Source: an uncultured virus (IMG/VR IMGVR_UViG_3300022072_000005) (Duplodnaviria; Heunggongvirae; Uroviricota; Caudoviricetes). Taken from it: DNA of 64,000 nt. The notes beneath the pieces were generated by a model. The model ran no database searches. It saw only the letters and a program-made list of their open reading frames with translations, and was not told the DNA's origin. Numbering within the stretch: the first letter of the stretch is position 1; every line of letters begins with the position of its first letter. The stretch lies in IMG/VR virus record IMGVR_UViG_3300022072_000005. One strand, 5' to 3'. Of this stretch, positions 41,101-50,228 are shown one piece after another. The position numbers were made by a program, and so were the translations under genes.

Positions 41101-44100
41101 ATGTCATTACTTGTTACCCCAGATATTAAACCTAAAGGGTAATTTTTCAATCTATAATAATCACTATAAATTACAATATCAGCGTTAGTCGCTTCAATTA
41201 TCGCTCCAATATTATCTGCCGTTGATAACCCAAATGAAAAAACATCTGGGGCTGATAGATACGTGGTAACAACAAATCTTTTACCATTTGGTGAAATTTG
41301 ACATTTCAAGAAATTACCACTAACAAAATCAAAATCAACTTCAGCACTATAATTACCCAATGTTACAGGGGTTAAATCACCAGCAACAGTTAAATTATAT
41401 TGCCTTAAATTTTCACCCGATTGAAACACAAAAAAAGTTTTTAAATCATTAGAGAATGTAAATCCATGAGTCGTGTTAAAATTCCAACTATCCGATAATA
41501 TTACACCTGAAAAATTATAAGGTGTTGCTAATGTATATCTCCTTACATTTGACCCAGTGCTAGTATATAAATTTAACCCATCATCCGTCATGAATAATTC
41601 ATTACGAAATAAATTTTGTGTGAACGCAGTTGTACTAACTAACGTTAACGAACTTAAATCATGGGGTGTACTCATACTATAAATCTCAACAGTACCATCA
41701 GTTACATCACCATTAGTATATGTTATGTGTAACCCATCAGGTGATACATGAAGACCCCCACCTTGACCTAAAGTTGCTGTACTAGCAGTTAAAGTTGCGG
41801 TTGTAACATCCCAAGGCGTTGATAATATATATTGTGTACAATTACTATTATGTAACCCTAAATATAATATAGTCCCATCACTTGACATTGACAAGGCCAT
41901 AGGGCTACCAGTAAAATCACCCTCACTACCAAAATCTAACATATAATTAGGGATGACTTTAAACCATAAATCTGAATTATCGTCAGTTTTAACATGTGAT
42001 AAAGCATTGATGTATTGAATTACTTGGTCTTTTGTTGACCCAGAACCAATCAAGTCAGTTGGGTAAATGTCAATGGTTTTACTTATCATATTATGAGTAT
42101 GACCCGTAAGACTGTATCTATCATCTAAATTAATGGAAACTGTACTTCCACTTAATAAATTTAAATCTAAATCCCCAGTTAATTCATTAAATGTACCACC
42201 TGTTAAATAATCATCTGTTGGTATATAATCAGTTATTTCAGATATTGTATGTGTATGACCAGTATTAGTTATTTCATTAAAATCATGTGTATGACCTGTT
42301 AATGAATATCTCCCATCTAAATTAACTGAAACTGTACTACCACTTTGAAGTGTGCTTTCAAATAATCCAGTGCTTGTATTAAATGTATGGCCAGTTAAGT
42401 AATCATCTGATAAACCGATATGAGTATGACCTGTTGTACTAAATATTTCAGTTAAATTTGTATCACCACTATATATTGTGTCACCACTTATTGAAGTAGC
42501 ACTGATTGATATAAATGATGGGGTGTTTGTTATGGTCCAACCTGAAAGCGTGCTATCCCATTGGATAATATCTAAATTACTTTCACTACCACCACTCCAA
42601 GTAGTTTCTTGTAAATCATAAAAGTGTGGGTATCTATGTGGTCTAACAAATACACTACCGTTAGCATCATTATGAATTACAATTGCGAGTTCAATTTTTA
42701 AGTTAGGCGATATAGGTTCGATGTTAGTTAAACCACCAACAATTGTTGGGGAAACCCATAATAAATCACCATCATTCCAAGTTTCACCATAAGGCGCACC
42801 AGTTGCGTTTATACCACGAACTAAACCGAAATCAGTTACATATCCATCATCTCCATTAATAATATCTTCAGTTGCAATTCCCAAGGTATATTTAACTGGA
42901 ATTGTGCCATCAGCAATCATATATTCACCAAGAATTTTACCACTAGAACCTAAAGTTCCAGCTGCATAAACAACTCTACCATTCTCAATAGTGGCCCCAC
43001 TTTGATTTTTAACGTAATAAAAAAGTTCTTCACCAATTTGTTGTTGTACATTAGAGCCATGCATACCCAAACTTAAAGTACCATTATCTTCATCCCAATA
43101 TATTCTACCTTCAACAATAGTATTACCAGTATATCCAGTGTTAAATTGTATAAAATCAACAGGGTTTATTGTTGTTGCTGAAACATTAACCGCCACAACT
43201 TCATTAAAAATACCAGTACCTGTTACAGTAATGTCACCATTAACAGTTAAACCACTAACAGTGGTTAATGTAACACTTAAATCAGGTAAATCTTCATTTC
43301 GTTCAATATCAAACGTATTAGTTAAACCATTATAAGTAAATCCAGTTACAAAAGTATCCGTATAGGCCGAAGTATTTAAATACCTACCATCTAAATCATA
43401 AACAACAGTTCCACCTGAGACCCTAGTAAGAGTTACCTCCCCATTTGCTGTATTAAAATTACCTGAAGTAATATAATCATCTGATAAACCTATATGTGTA
43501 TGCCCAGTTAATGAATATCTATCATCTAAATTAACACTATACGTACTTCCACTTAACCTAGTAAATTCTAATTCACCAGTATTTGTATTAAATGTAGTTC
43601 CAGTAGTATAATCATCCGTTGGTATGTAATCAGTTATTTCAGATATTGTATGAGTATGCCCAGTAAGGCTGTATCTATCATCTAAATTAATTGTAACTGT
43701 TGAACCTGATTGAAGGTTTAAATCTAAATCCCCAGTATTTACATCAAAATCACCAGAAACTAAATAATCATCAGATAAACCAATGTGAGTATGTCCAGTT
43801 AGGCTATATCTTCCATCAAGGTTAACTGAAACAGTTGAACCTGATTGTAAGGTACTTTCAAATAAACCAGTTGAAGTATTAAATGTATGAGTTATTAAAT
43901 AATCATCTGATAAACCAATATGAGTATGACCTGTTAATGAATATCTACCATCTAAATCATAAACAACAGTTCCACCTGATAATCTAGTTAAAGTCACTTC
44001 TCCAGTTCCAGTATTAAAATCACCATTTGATACATAATCATCTGTTGGTATATAATCAGTTATTTCGGATATTGTATGAGTATGACCTGTGTTAGTTATT

Positions 44101-47100
44101 TCATTAAAATCATGAGTATGCCCCGTAAGACTGTACCTTCCATCAAGGTTTTCAACAATAGTTCCACCTGAGACCCTAGTAAGGGTTAAATCACCATTTG
44201 TTGTGTTGAAATCACTATTTGATACATAATCATCTGATAAACCAATATGTGTATGCCCCGTTAGAGCGTATCTGTCGTCAAGGTTTATGGTAACTGTACT
44301 ACCTGATTGAAGGTTTAAATCTAAATCACCAGTTAATTCATTAAATGTACCACCAGTTAAATAATCATCAGATAAACCAATATGTGTATGTCCAGTAAGA
44401 CTATATCTATCATCTAAATTAATAGAAACTGTACTTCCACTTAATAAATTTAAATCTAAATTACCAGTTAATTCATTAAAATCACCAGAAACTAAATAAT
44501 CATCTGTATTTGGCGTTTCAGTAAACCCAGTTAAATATCTATCATCTAAATTAATAGTAACTGTACTACCTGATTGAAGATTTAAATCTAAATTACCAGT
44601 ATTTACATCAAAATCACCAGAAACTAAATAATCATCTGATAAACCAATATGAGTATGTCCAGTTAGGCTATATCTATCATCTAAATTAATGGTAACTGTA
44701 CTACCTGACTGAAGATTTAAATCTAAATCACCAGTATTTACATCAAAATCACCAGAAACTAAATAATCATCAGATAAACCAATATGAGTATGACCTGTTA
44801 ATGAATATCTATCATCTAAATTAATAGAAACAGTTGAACCTGACTGAAGATTTAAATCTAAATCACCAGTTAATTCATTAAATGTACCACTTGTTAAATA
44901 ATCATCTGTATTTGGCGTTTCAGTAAACCCAGTTAAATATCTACCATCTAAATCAACGGTAATATTATTATCATCACCAACATCATGTAATGTTAAAACA
45001 CCGTCACCCGTATTAAATGTCGCACCTGTAATTGAGTTATCATAAGCTATATCCCAATTAGTTGAATTATCAGTAAAATCAGTTATATCAGATATCTCAT
45101 GCGTATGTCCCGTAAGACTGTACCTATCATCTAAATTAATTGTAACTGTACTACCAGATAATAAATTTAAATCCAATTCACCAGTACTTGTATTAAAAGT
45201 ACCGCCAGTTAAATAATCATCAGATAAACCTACATGTGTATGTCCAGTTAATGAATATCTTCCATCAAGGTTGACCGAAACAGTGCTTCCACTTTGAAGT
45301 GTACTTTCAAATAAACCAGTTGAAGTATTAAATGTATGACCTGTTAAGTAATCATCTGATAAACCAATATGAGTATGCCCCGTAAGACTATATCTATCAT
45401 CTAAATTAACACTATACGTATTACCGCTTAACCTAGTAAATTCTAATTCACCAGTATTTGTATTAAATGTAGTTCCAGTAGTATAATCATCCGTTGGTAT
45501 GTAATCAGTTATTTCAGATATTGTATGAGTATGCCCAGTAAGGCTGTATCTATCATCTAAATTAATTGTAACCGTTGAACCTGATTGAAGGTTTAAATCT
45601 AAATCCCCAGTACTTACATTAAATGTACCACCTGTTAAATAATCATCTGTATTTGGTGTTTCAGTAAACCCAGTTAAATATCTATCATCTAAATTAATAG
45701 TAACCGTTGAGCCTGATTGAAGATTTAAATCTAAATCACCAGTTAATTCATTAAATGTACCACCTGTTAAATAATCATCTGATAAACCAATATGAGTATG
45801 TCCTGTTAGGCTATATCTATCATCAAGGTTTATTGTAACTGTACTTCCAGATAATAAATTTAAATCTAAATCACCAGTTAATTCATCAAAATCACCAGAA
45901 ACTAAATAATCATCTGTATTTGGTGTTTCAGTAAATCCAGTTAAATATCTACCATCTAAATCTTCGGTTATTGTATCACCTGATAATGTTCTTAACGTTA
46001 ATTCACCATTTAAAGTGTTAAATGTCATTCCTGTAACTACGTCACCTGAACCACCTACACCACCTGTACTATCAGTGAAATTAGCTGTTAAGGTACTACC
46101 ATCTTTTTGTTGAAGAGTTATAGTTTTAGTTGCACTACCCGTAACAGTCATCCCAGTAATTGAATCATTGTATGCTGTATCCCAATTACTTGTATCACCA
46201 GAAGTGAAACCTAAATCAGTATTATATGTTCCACCACTTAACCTAGTAAATTCAATAATACCACTTGAAGGGTTAAATGTAGTTCCAGTAGTATAATCAT
46301 CACCAGTTGTAGCTGATAATGGCAAATACCTACCATCAAGGTTAACTGAAACTGTACCACCTGATTGTAATGTACTTTCAAATAAACCATTTGAAGTGTT
46401 AAATGTATGGTCAGTTAAATAATCATCTGATAAACCAATATGAGTATGCCCCGTTAGAGCGTATCTGTCGTCAAGGTTTATTGTAACTGTACTTCCAGAT
46501 AATAAATTTAAATCTAAATCACCAGTTAATTCATTAAATGTACCACCTGTTAAATAATCATCTGTATTTAATATGGTTGAAGCTGAGATAGTTAAATATC
46601 TACCATCTAAATCAACGTTATATGTATCACCACTTAATCTAGTAAATTCAATAATACCATCAGAGGTGTTAAATGTAGCCCCAGTGGTGTAATCATCTGA
46701 TAAGCCGATATGAGTGTGTCCAGTAAGACTATATCTACCATCAAGGTTTTCAACAATAGTTCCACCTGATAATCTAGTTAATGTTAAATCACCAGTACTT
46801 ACATTAAATGTAGTTCCAGTGATGTAATCATCAGTATTAATAGTATCCCCTGAACTTGCCGTGTAGTTATCTGTTAAGTATTCCCTAGTAATTAATACCC
46901 TACCAGTAGTTTCATTACTAATTAAGGTTGTTGTTAAACTTGGTACCACTATTGTTCTATCGGTATTCAATAAAAGAACTTTATCTTGTTGACCTTCAGT
47001 TATTTGATTAGTTGCTGTGTTCCCTAATGAGAATACTATATCCCCAGTATTATCACCAACCATTATATTTAGGTTCTTACCTGTAATAAGACCATGCGCT

Positions 47101-49655
47101 CTTAACCATGGTGCAAAATAAGAATCATTTGGAATACCTATATAGACACCCTCATTGAATGCATCTCCATTAACAGTTGCTCTATAACCTGATATTGCAG
47201 CATTACCTACCGTATCTGTATTATTTACAAGATATCCTGTTGCCTTATTATTAGAACTCTCTACATAAAATCCTTCATTATCTGAAACAGGTTTAACTCG
47301 ATTTCCAAAATAAGAATTTAAAGGGTTTATTACTGACTCTACTGTTTCAGTAAACCCAGTTAAATACCTACCATCTAAATTAACACTTACTGTACCACCT
47401 GATTGTAATGTACTTTCAAATAAACCAGTACTTGTATTAAATGTATGACCTGTTATGTAATCATCTGTATTTGGTGTTTCAGTAAAACCAGTTAAATATC
47501 TATCATCAAGGTTTATGGTAACAGTTGAACCTGATTGAAGGTTTAAATCTAAATCACCAGTACTTGTATTAAATGTACCACCTGTTAAGTAATCATCAGA
47601 TAAACCAATATGAGTATGTCCTGTTAATGAATATCTATCATCTAAATTAACACTATATGTATCACCACTTAACCTAGTAAATTCTAATTCACCAGTATTT
47701 GCATTAAATGTAGTTCCAGTAGTATAATCATCATCAGTTGTAGCTGATAATGGTAAATATCTTCCATCTAAATTAACTGAAACCGTTGAACCTGATTGTA
47801 AGGTACTTTCAAATAAACCATTTGAAGTGTTAAATGTATGGTCAGTTAAATAATCATCTGTATTTGGTGATTCAGTAAACCCAGTTAAATACCTTCCATC
47901 AAGGTTTTCAACAATAGTTCCACCTGAGACCCTAGTAAGGGTTAAATCACCATTTGTTGTGTTGAATGTTACCCCACTTAAATAATCATCTGTATTTGGT
48001 GTTTCAGTAAACCCAGTCAAATATCTATCATCAAGGTTTATGGTAACTGTACTACCTGACTGAAGATTTAAATCTAAATCACCAGTTAATTCATTAAATG
48101 TACCACCTGTTAAATAATCATCTGTATTTGGTGTTTCAGTAAATCCAGTCAAATATCTATCATCTAAATTAATAGAAACTGTACTTCCTGATTGAAGGTT
48201 TAAATCTAAATCACCAGTACTTACATTAAATGTACCACCTGTTAAATAATCATCTGTATTTGGTGTTTCAGTAAATCCAGTTAAATATCTATCATCAAGG
48301 TTTATTGTAACTGTACTTCCTGATTGAAGGTTTAAATCTAAATCACCAGTACTTACATTAAATGTACCACCTGTTAAATAATCATCTGATAAACCAATAT
48401 GAGTATGTCCAGTAAGACTATATCTATCATCAAGGTTTATTGTAACTGTACTTCCTGATTGAAGGTTTAAATCTAAATCACCAGTACTTGTATTAAATGT
48501 ACCACCTGTTAAGTAATCATCAGATAAACCAATATGAGTATGTCCAGTAAGACTATATCTATCATCTAAATTTTCAGTTATTGTCGAACCTGATAATGTT
48601 CTTAATTCTAAATCACCATTTAAAGTGTTGAATGTCATTCCTGTAACTACATCACCTGAACCACCACCTGCATTATCAGTGAAATTAGCCGTTAAGGTAC
48701 TACCATCTTTTTGTTGAAGAGTAATAGTTTTAGAAACCGTACCAGTTACAGTTATCCCAGTAATAGAGTCATCATAAGCTATATCCCAATTACTTGTATC
48801 ACCAGAAGTGAAACCTAAATCAGTATTATATGTTCCACCACTTAACCTGGTAAATTCAATAATACCACTTGATGAGTTAAATGTAGTTCCAGTAGTATAA
48901 TCATCACCAGTTGTAGCTGATAATGGCAAATACCTACCATCTAAATTAGTGGTTATTGAATCACCTGAAACCGTTGTAATAATTAATTCACCAGTTGTTG
49001 CACTAAAAGTGGCACCAGTTATGAAATTATCTGTTGTAATCGCACTAAATTCAACTTCATATATATCACCAAGCTCATCCCTTGTTAAAACGGTTGTTAC
49101 GCCAGTTAAAGAATCTGGTTTATCAGCTAAAATTAATCGTTTTGTTCTTGTAATCCCTAAAACGTCAACCCAGATAGTTCTATCAGTAAAATCTGCCGAT
49201 TCACCACTTAATATTAATATATTATTACTGATAGTTTCACCAGTCCATTCTTGAACACCAACCTCTTCAATTGAAGTTACTGTAAAATCATATGAAGAAC
49301 CCGTATATGCGCTATATATTGTATTACCATCAATAAGGTAAGGTCCAATTCCTTGAAATCCAAACCCATTTTGTGTATCACCTGAAGTTGAATCTGTTAT
49401 TGCAACTAAAGTAATTGCACCTGAACCCATCCTAGAATCACCAAAAGTGATATTAGTTGTGTCAGAATTACCAGAAAAAGTAGAGACAATATTAATTAAA
49501 GTACTAGTTGTTGTAATAGAGGAATTTAAAACCCCACCAGTGAGCCCACTATAATGCACACCAAAGTCTGTTGACCCAGAGAGTTGTGTGTTAGTTGATT
49601 CATATTGTTTTACTTGTCGGTTATTTGAATAATCTATTTTAGTTACAAAAGACAT
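38106..49655 (-). CDS. giant repetitive fibre/adhesin-like virion protein (3849 aa)
   Basis: Dozens of ~44-aa DDY..TFN..G.L.L...SG.T...NLDxRY repeats with GHTH linkers (phage-tail-repeat-like), inserted beta-propeller-like and other domains; TATTTAT motif upstream. Confidence 0.8.
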   Translation of the reverse strand: MSFVTKIDYSNNRQVKQYESTNTQLSGSTDFGVHYSGLTGGVLNSSITTTSTLINIVSTFSGNSDTTNITFGDSRMGSGAITLVAITDSTSGDTQNGFGFQGIGPYLIDGNTIYSAYTGSSYDFTVTSIEEVGVQEWTGETISNNILILSGESADFTDRTIWVDVLGITRTKRLILADKPDSLTGVTTVLTRDELGDIYEVEFSAITTDNFITGATFSATTGELIITTVSGDSITTNLDGRYLPLSATTGDDYTTGTTFNSSSGIIEFTRLSGGTYNTDLGFTSGDTSNWDIAYDDSITGITVTGTVSKTITLQQKDGSTLTANFTDNAGGGSGDVVTGMTFNTLNGDLELRTLSGSTITENLDDRYSLTGHTHIGLSDDYLTGGTFNTSTGDLDLNLQSGSTVTINLDDRYSLTGHTHIGLSDDYLTGGTFNVSTGDLDLNLQSGSTVTINLDDRYLTGFTETPNTDDYLTGGTFNVSTGDLDLNLQSGSTVSINLDDRYLTGFTETPNTDDYLTGGTFNELTGDLDLNLQSGSTVTINLDDRYLTGFTETPNTDDYLSGVTFNTTNGDLTLTRVSGGTIVENLDGRYLTGFTESPNTDDYLTDHTFNTSNGLFESTLQSGSTVSVNLDGRYLPLSATTDDDYTTGTTFNANTGELEFTRLSGDTYSVNLDDRYSLTGHTHIGLSDDYLTGGTFNTSTGDLDLNLQSGSTVTINLDDRYLTGFTETPNTDDYITGHTFNTSTGLFESTLQSGGTVSVNLDGRYLTGFTETVESVINPLNSYFGNRVKPVSDNEGFYVESSNNKATGYLVNNTDTVGNAAISGYRATVNGDAFNEGVYIGIPNDSYFAPWLRAHGLITGKNLNIMVGDNTGDIVFSLGNTATNQITEGQQDKVLLLNTDRTIVVPSLTTTLISNETTGRVLITREYLTDNYTASSGDTINTDDYITGTTFNVSTGDLTLTRLSGGTIVENLDGRYSLTGHTHIGLSDDYTTGATFNTSDGIIEFTRLSGDTYNVDLDGRYLTISASTILNTDDYLTGGTFNELTGDLDLNLLSGSTVTINLDDRYALTGHTHIGLSDDYLTDHTFNTSNGLFESTLQSGGTVSVNLDGRYLPLSATTGDDYTTGTTFNPSSGIIEFTRLSGGTYNTDLGFTSGDTSNWDTAYNDSITGMTVTGSATKTITLQQKDGSTLTANFTDSTGGVGGSGDVVTGMTFNTLNGELTLRTLSGDTITEDLDGRYLTGFTETPNTDDYLVSGDFDELTGDLDLNLLSGSTVTINLDDRYSLTGHTHIGLSDDYLTGGTFNELTGDLDLNLQSGSTVTINLDDRYLTGFTETPNTDDYLTGGTFNVSTGDLDLNLQSGSTVTINLDDRYSLTGHTHTISEITDYIPTDDYTTGTTFNTNTGELEFTRLSGNTYSVNLDDRYSLTGHTHIGLSDDYLTGHTFNTSTGLFESTLQSGSTVSVNLDGRYSLTGHTHVGLSDDYLTGGTFNTSTGELDLNLLSGSTVTINLDDRYSLTGHTHEISDITDFTDNSTNWDIAYDNSITGATFNTGDGVLTLHDVGDDNNITVDLDGRYLTGFTETPNTDDYLTSGTFNELTGDLDLNLQSGSTVSINLDDRYSLTGHTHIGLSDDYLVSGDFDVNTGDLDLNLQSGSTVTINLDDRYSLTGHTHIGLSDDYLVSGDFDVNTGNLDLNLQSGSTVTINLDDRYLTGFTETPNTDDYLVSGDFNELTGNLDLNLLSGSTVSINLDDRYSLTGHTHIGLSDDYLTGGTFNELTGDLDLNLQSGSTVTINLDDRYALTGHTHIGLSDDYVSNSDFNTTNGDLTLTRVSGGTIVENLDGRYSLTGHTHDFNEITNTGHTHTISEITDYIPTDDYVSNGDFNTGTGEVTLTRLSGGTVVYDLDGRYSLTGHTHIGLSDDYLITHTFNTSTGLFESTLQSGSTVSVNLDGRYSLTGHTHIGLSDDYLVSGDFDVNTGDLDLNLQSGSTVTINLDDRYSLTGHTHTISEITDYIPTDDYTTGTTFNTNTGELEFTRLSGSTYSVNLDDRYSLTGHTHIGLSDDYITSGNFNTANGEVTLTRVSGGTVVYDLDGRYLNTSAYTDTFVTGFTYNGLTNTFDIERNEDLPDLSVTLTTVSGLTVNGDITVTGTGIFNEVVAVNVSATTINPVDFIQFNTGYTGNTIVEGRIYWDEDNGTLSLGMHGSNVQQQIGEELFYYVKNQSGATIENGRVVYAAGTLGSSGKILGEYMIADGTIPVKYTLGIATEDIINGDDGYVTDFGLVRGINATGAPYGETWNDGDLLWVSPTIVGGLTNIEPISPNLKIELAIVIHNDANGSVFVRPHRYPHFYDLQETTWSGGSESNLDIIQWDSTLSGWTITNTPSFISISATSISGDTIYSGDTNLTEIFSTTGHTHIGLSDDYLTGHTFNTSTGLFESTLQSGSTVSVNLDGRYSLTGHTHDFNEITNTGHTHTISEITDYIPTDDYLTGGTFNELTGDLDLNLLSGSTVSINLDDRYSLTGHTHNMISKTIDIYPTDLIGSGSTKDQVIQYINALSHVKTDDNSDLWFKVIPNYMLDFGSEGDFTGSPMALSMSSDGTILYLGLHNSNCTQYILSTPWDVTTATLTASTATLGQGGGLHVSPDGLHITYTNGDVTDGTVEIYSMSTPHDLSSLTLVSTTAFTQNLFRNELFMTDDGLNLYTSTGSNVRRYTLATPYNFSGVILSDSWNFNTTHGFTFSNDLKTFFVFQSGENLRQYNLTVAGDLTPVTLGNYSAEVDFDFVSGNFLKCQISPNGKRFVVTTYLSAPDVFSFGLSTADNIGAIIEATNADIVIYSDYYRLKNYPLGLISGVTSNDIDEITQIKNNDVTTLINLEEISRNDYVTDGSFNPANGEVTLTRLSGGTIVYDLDGRYSLTGHTHTISEITDYIPTDDYLTSGTFNELTGDLDLNLLSGSTVSINLDDRYSLNDHTHIGLSDDYLITHTFNTSTGLFESTLQSGSTVSVNLDGRYSLTGHTHTISEITDYIPTDDYVSSGSFNTSNGEVTLTRLSGGTIVYDLDGRYSLDDHTHIGLSDDYLVSGDFDVNTGDLDLNLKSGSTVTINLDDRYSLTGHTHIGLSDDYLTTHTFNTSTGLFESTLQSGSTVSVNLDGRYSLTTHTHIGLSDDYLTSGTFNELTGDLDLNLLSGSTVTINLDDRYLTDSTLQSVYEASTPSTITTDATRGSLKLKRGVGASVYPLEIQNSAGNSNFIVRDDGYFSGNGDMFVLGNITAQNSLITTSVSGFGANITTLFINGGAGDLTRGGGIGFKNNDGSIFGANYILNNKFRMGTVTAHDWEFVRTNVAVGGIDTNGLYLTGNIRASGATLSSLSTQNDELITLMIDGSGVVGTRELGTGAFVASGASNTDNYVISGDFNPANGEVTLTRLSGGTVVYDLDGRYSLTGHTHDFNEITNTGHTHTISEITDYVPTDDYLTSGTFNELTGDLDLNLLSGSTVSINLDDRYSLTGHTHTISEITDYIPTDDYLVSGTFNELTGDLDLNLQSGSTVSINLDDRYLTGFTEIVESVINPLDSYFGNRVKPVSDNEGFYVESALNKATGYLVNNTDTVGNAALSGFRAVINNDAFGKGIYVGVQNSNYYAPWLRERGHINGNAINITTGDNTGDIVFSLGNTASDNITEAAQDKVLLLNTDRTIVVPSLTTTLISNETTGRVLITREYLTDNYTANSGIDGVYLPLSGGTLTGPVTGTTFNVSNALLDYQENVNVDTGSPKVIGIISKLSYDAVFFDYVVKNGSNLRAGIVMAVHDGTSVTYTDTSTSDLGDTSGVSFTVDISGNDLRLNATVTTDNWIIKALIRGI

Positions 49656-49659
49656 TAAT

Positions 49660-49713
49660 ATACGTTTTTATATAAATATTAACTTTTTCGCTTATATTTA
49701 TATAAAAACGTAT
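49660..49713. promoter_or_regulatory. back-to-back divergent promoters forming a perfect 20-bp inverted repeat
   Basis: ATACGTTTTTATATAAATAT (49660-49679) and ATATTTATATAAAAACGTAT (49694-49713). Confidence 0.7.
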
Positions 49714-49715
49714 TT

Positions 49716-50228
49716 ATGCAAACTTTAAAGAAAAGGGATATTAAAGGATACAAACCAAAAGGTAAGATAAAAAAAGTCAAAGATGACTTGGAAGGTGACT
49801 TGGAGGAAACTGAAATAGTTGATGAGTTAGTAAATGGTTTGGGTGGTAGTATATCTGGTGATGAAAAGAATGTAAATAATAGTGAGATTAAAACAGCACC
49901 ACAAAATACAACTGACCAACACGCAGACACAGCTATTCAACCGAATAGACCGCTATATAATGTTAATAGTATTGGTGGTCGCTCTATGGGTAGTAGAATT
50001 CAAGCAAGTTATAAAATAGCAAAGGATAAAGCAATCACATTATTAGAAGATTTAGATACTGATTTTAATGATAATTCAATTATTGACACTAAAGAGTTGC
50101 CAGATGGGGTAACAAGAAAAATGTTAGATTTAGTAAAAAGTGTTGAACTAAATGGTTTATCAAACGATATTAATAAAATAGAAATGATATTAAATTTCAT
50201 TAATAGTAAATTAAAACCAAATGCCTAA
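49716..50228 (+). CDS. hypothetical late protein
   Basis: ORF track; TATTTAT motif upstream. Confidence 0.65.
   Translation: MQTLKKRDIKGYKPKGKIKKVKDDLEGDLEETEIVDELVNGLGGSISGDEKNVNNSEIKTAPQNTTDQHADTAIQPNRPLYNVNSIGGRSMGSRIQASYKIAKDKAITLLEDLDTDFNDNSIIDTKELPDGVTRKMLDLVKSVELNGLSNDINKIEMILNFINSKLKPNA

Noticed and set aside
38106..49655. CRISPR array or diversity-generating retroelement
   Set aside because: Repeats are in-frame coding units with largely synonymous variation. I saw no unique spacers, no reverse transcriptase and no adenine-specific TR/VR pair.
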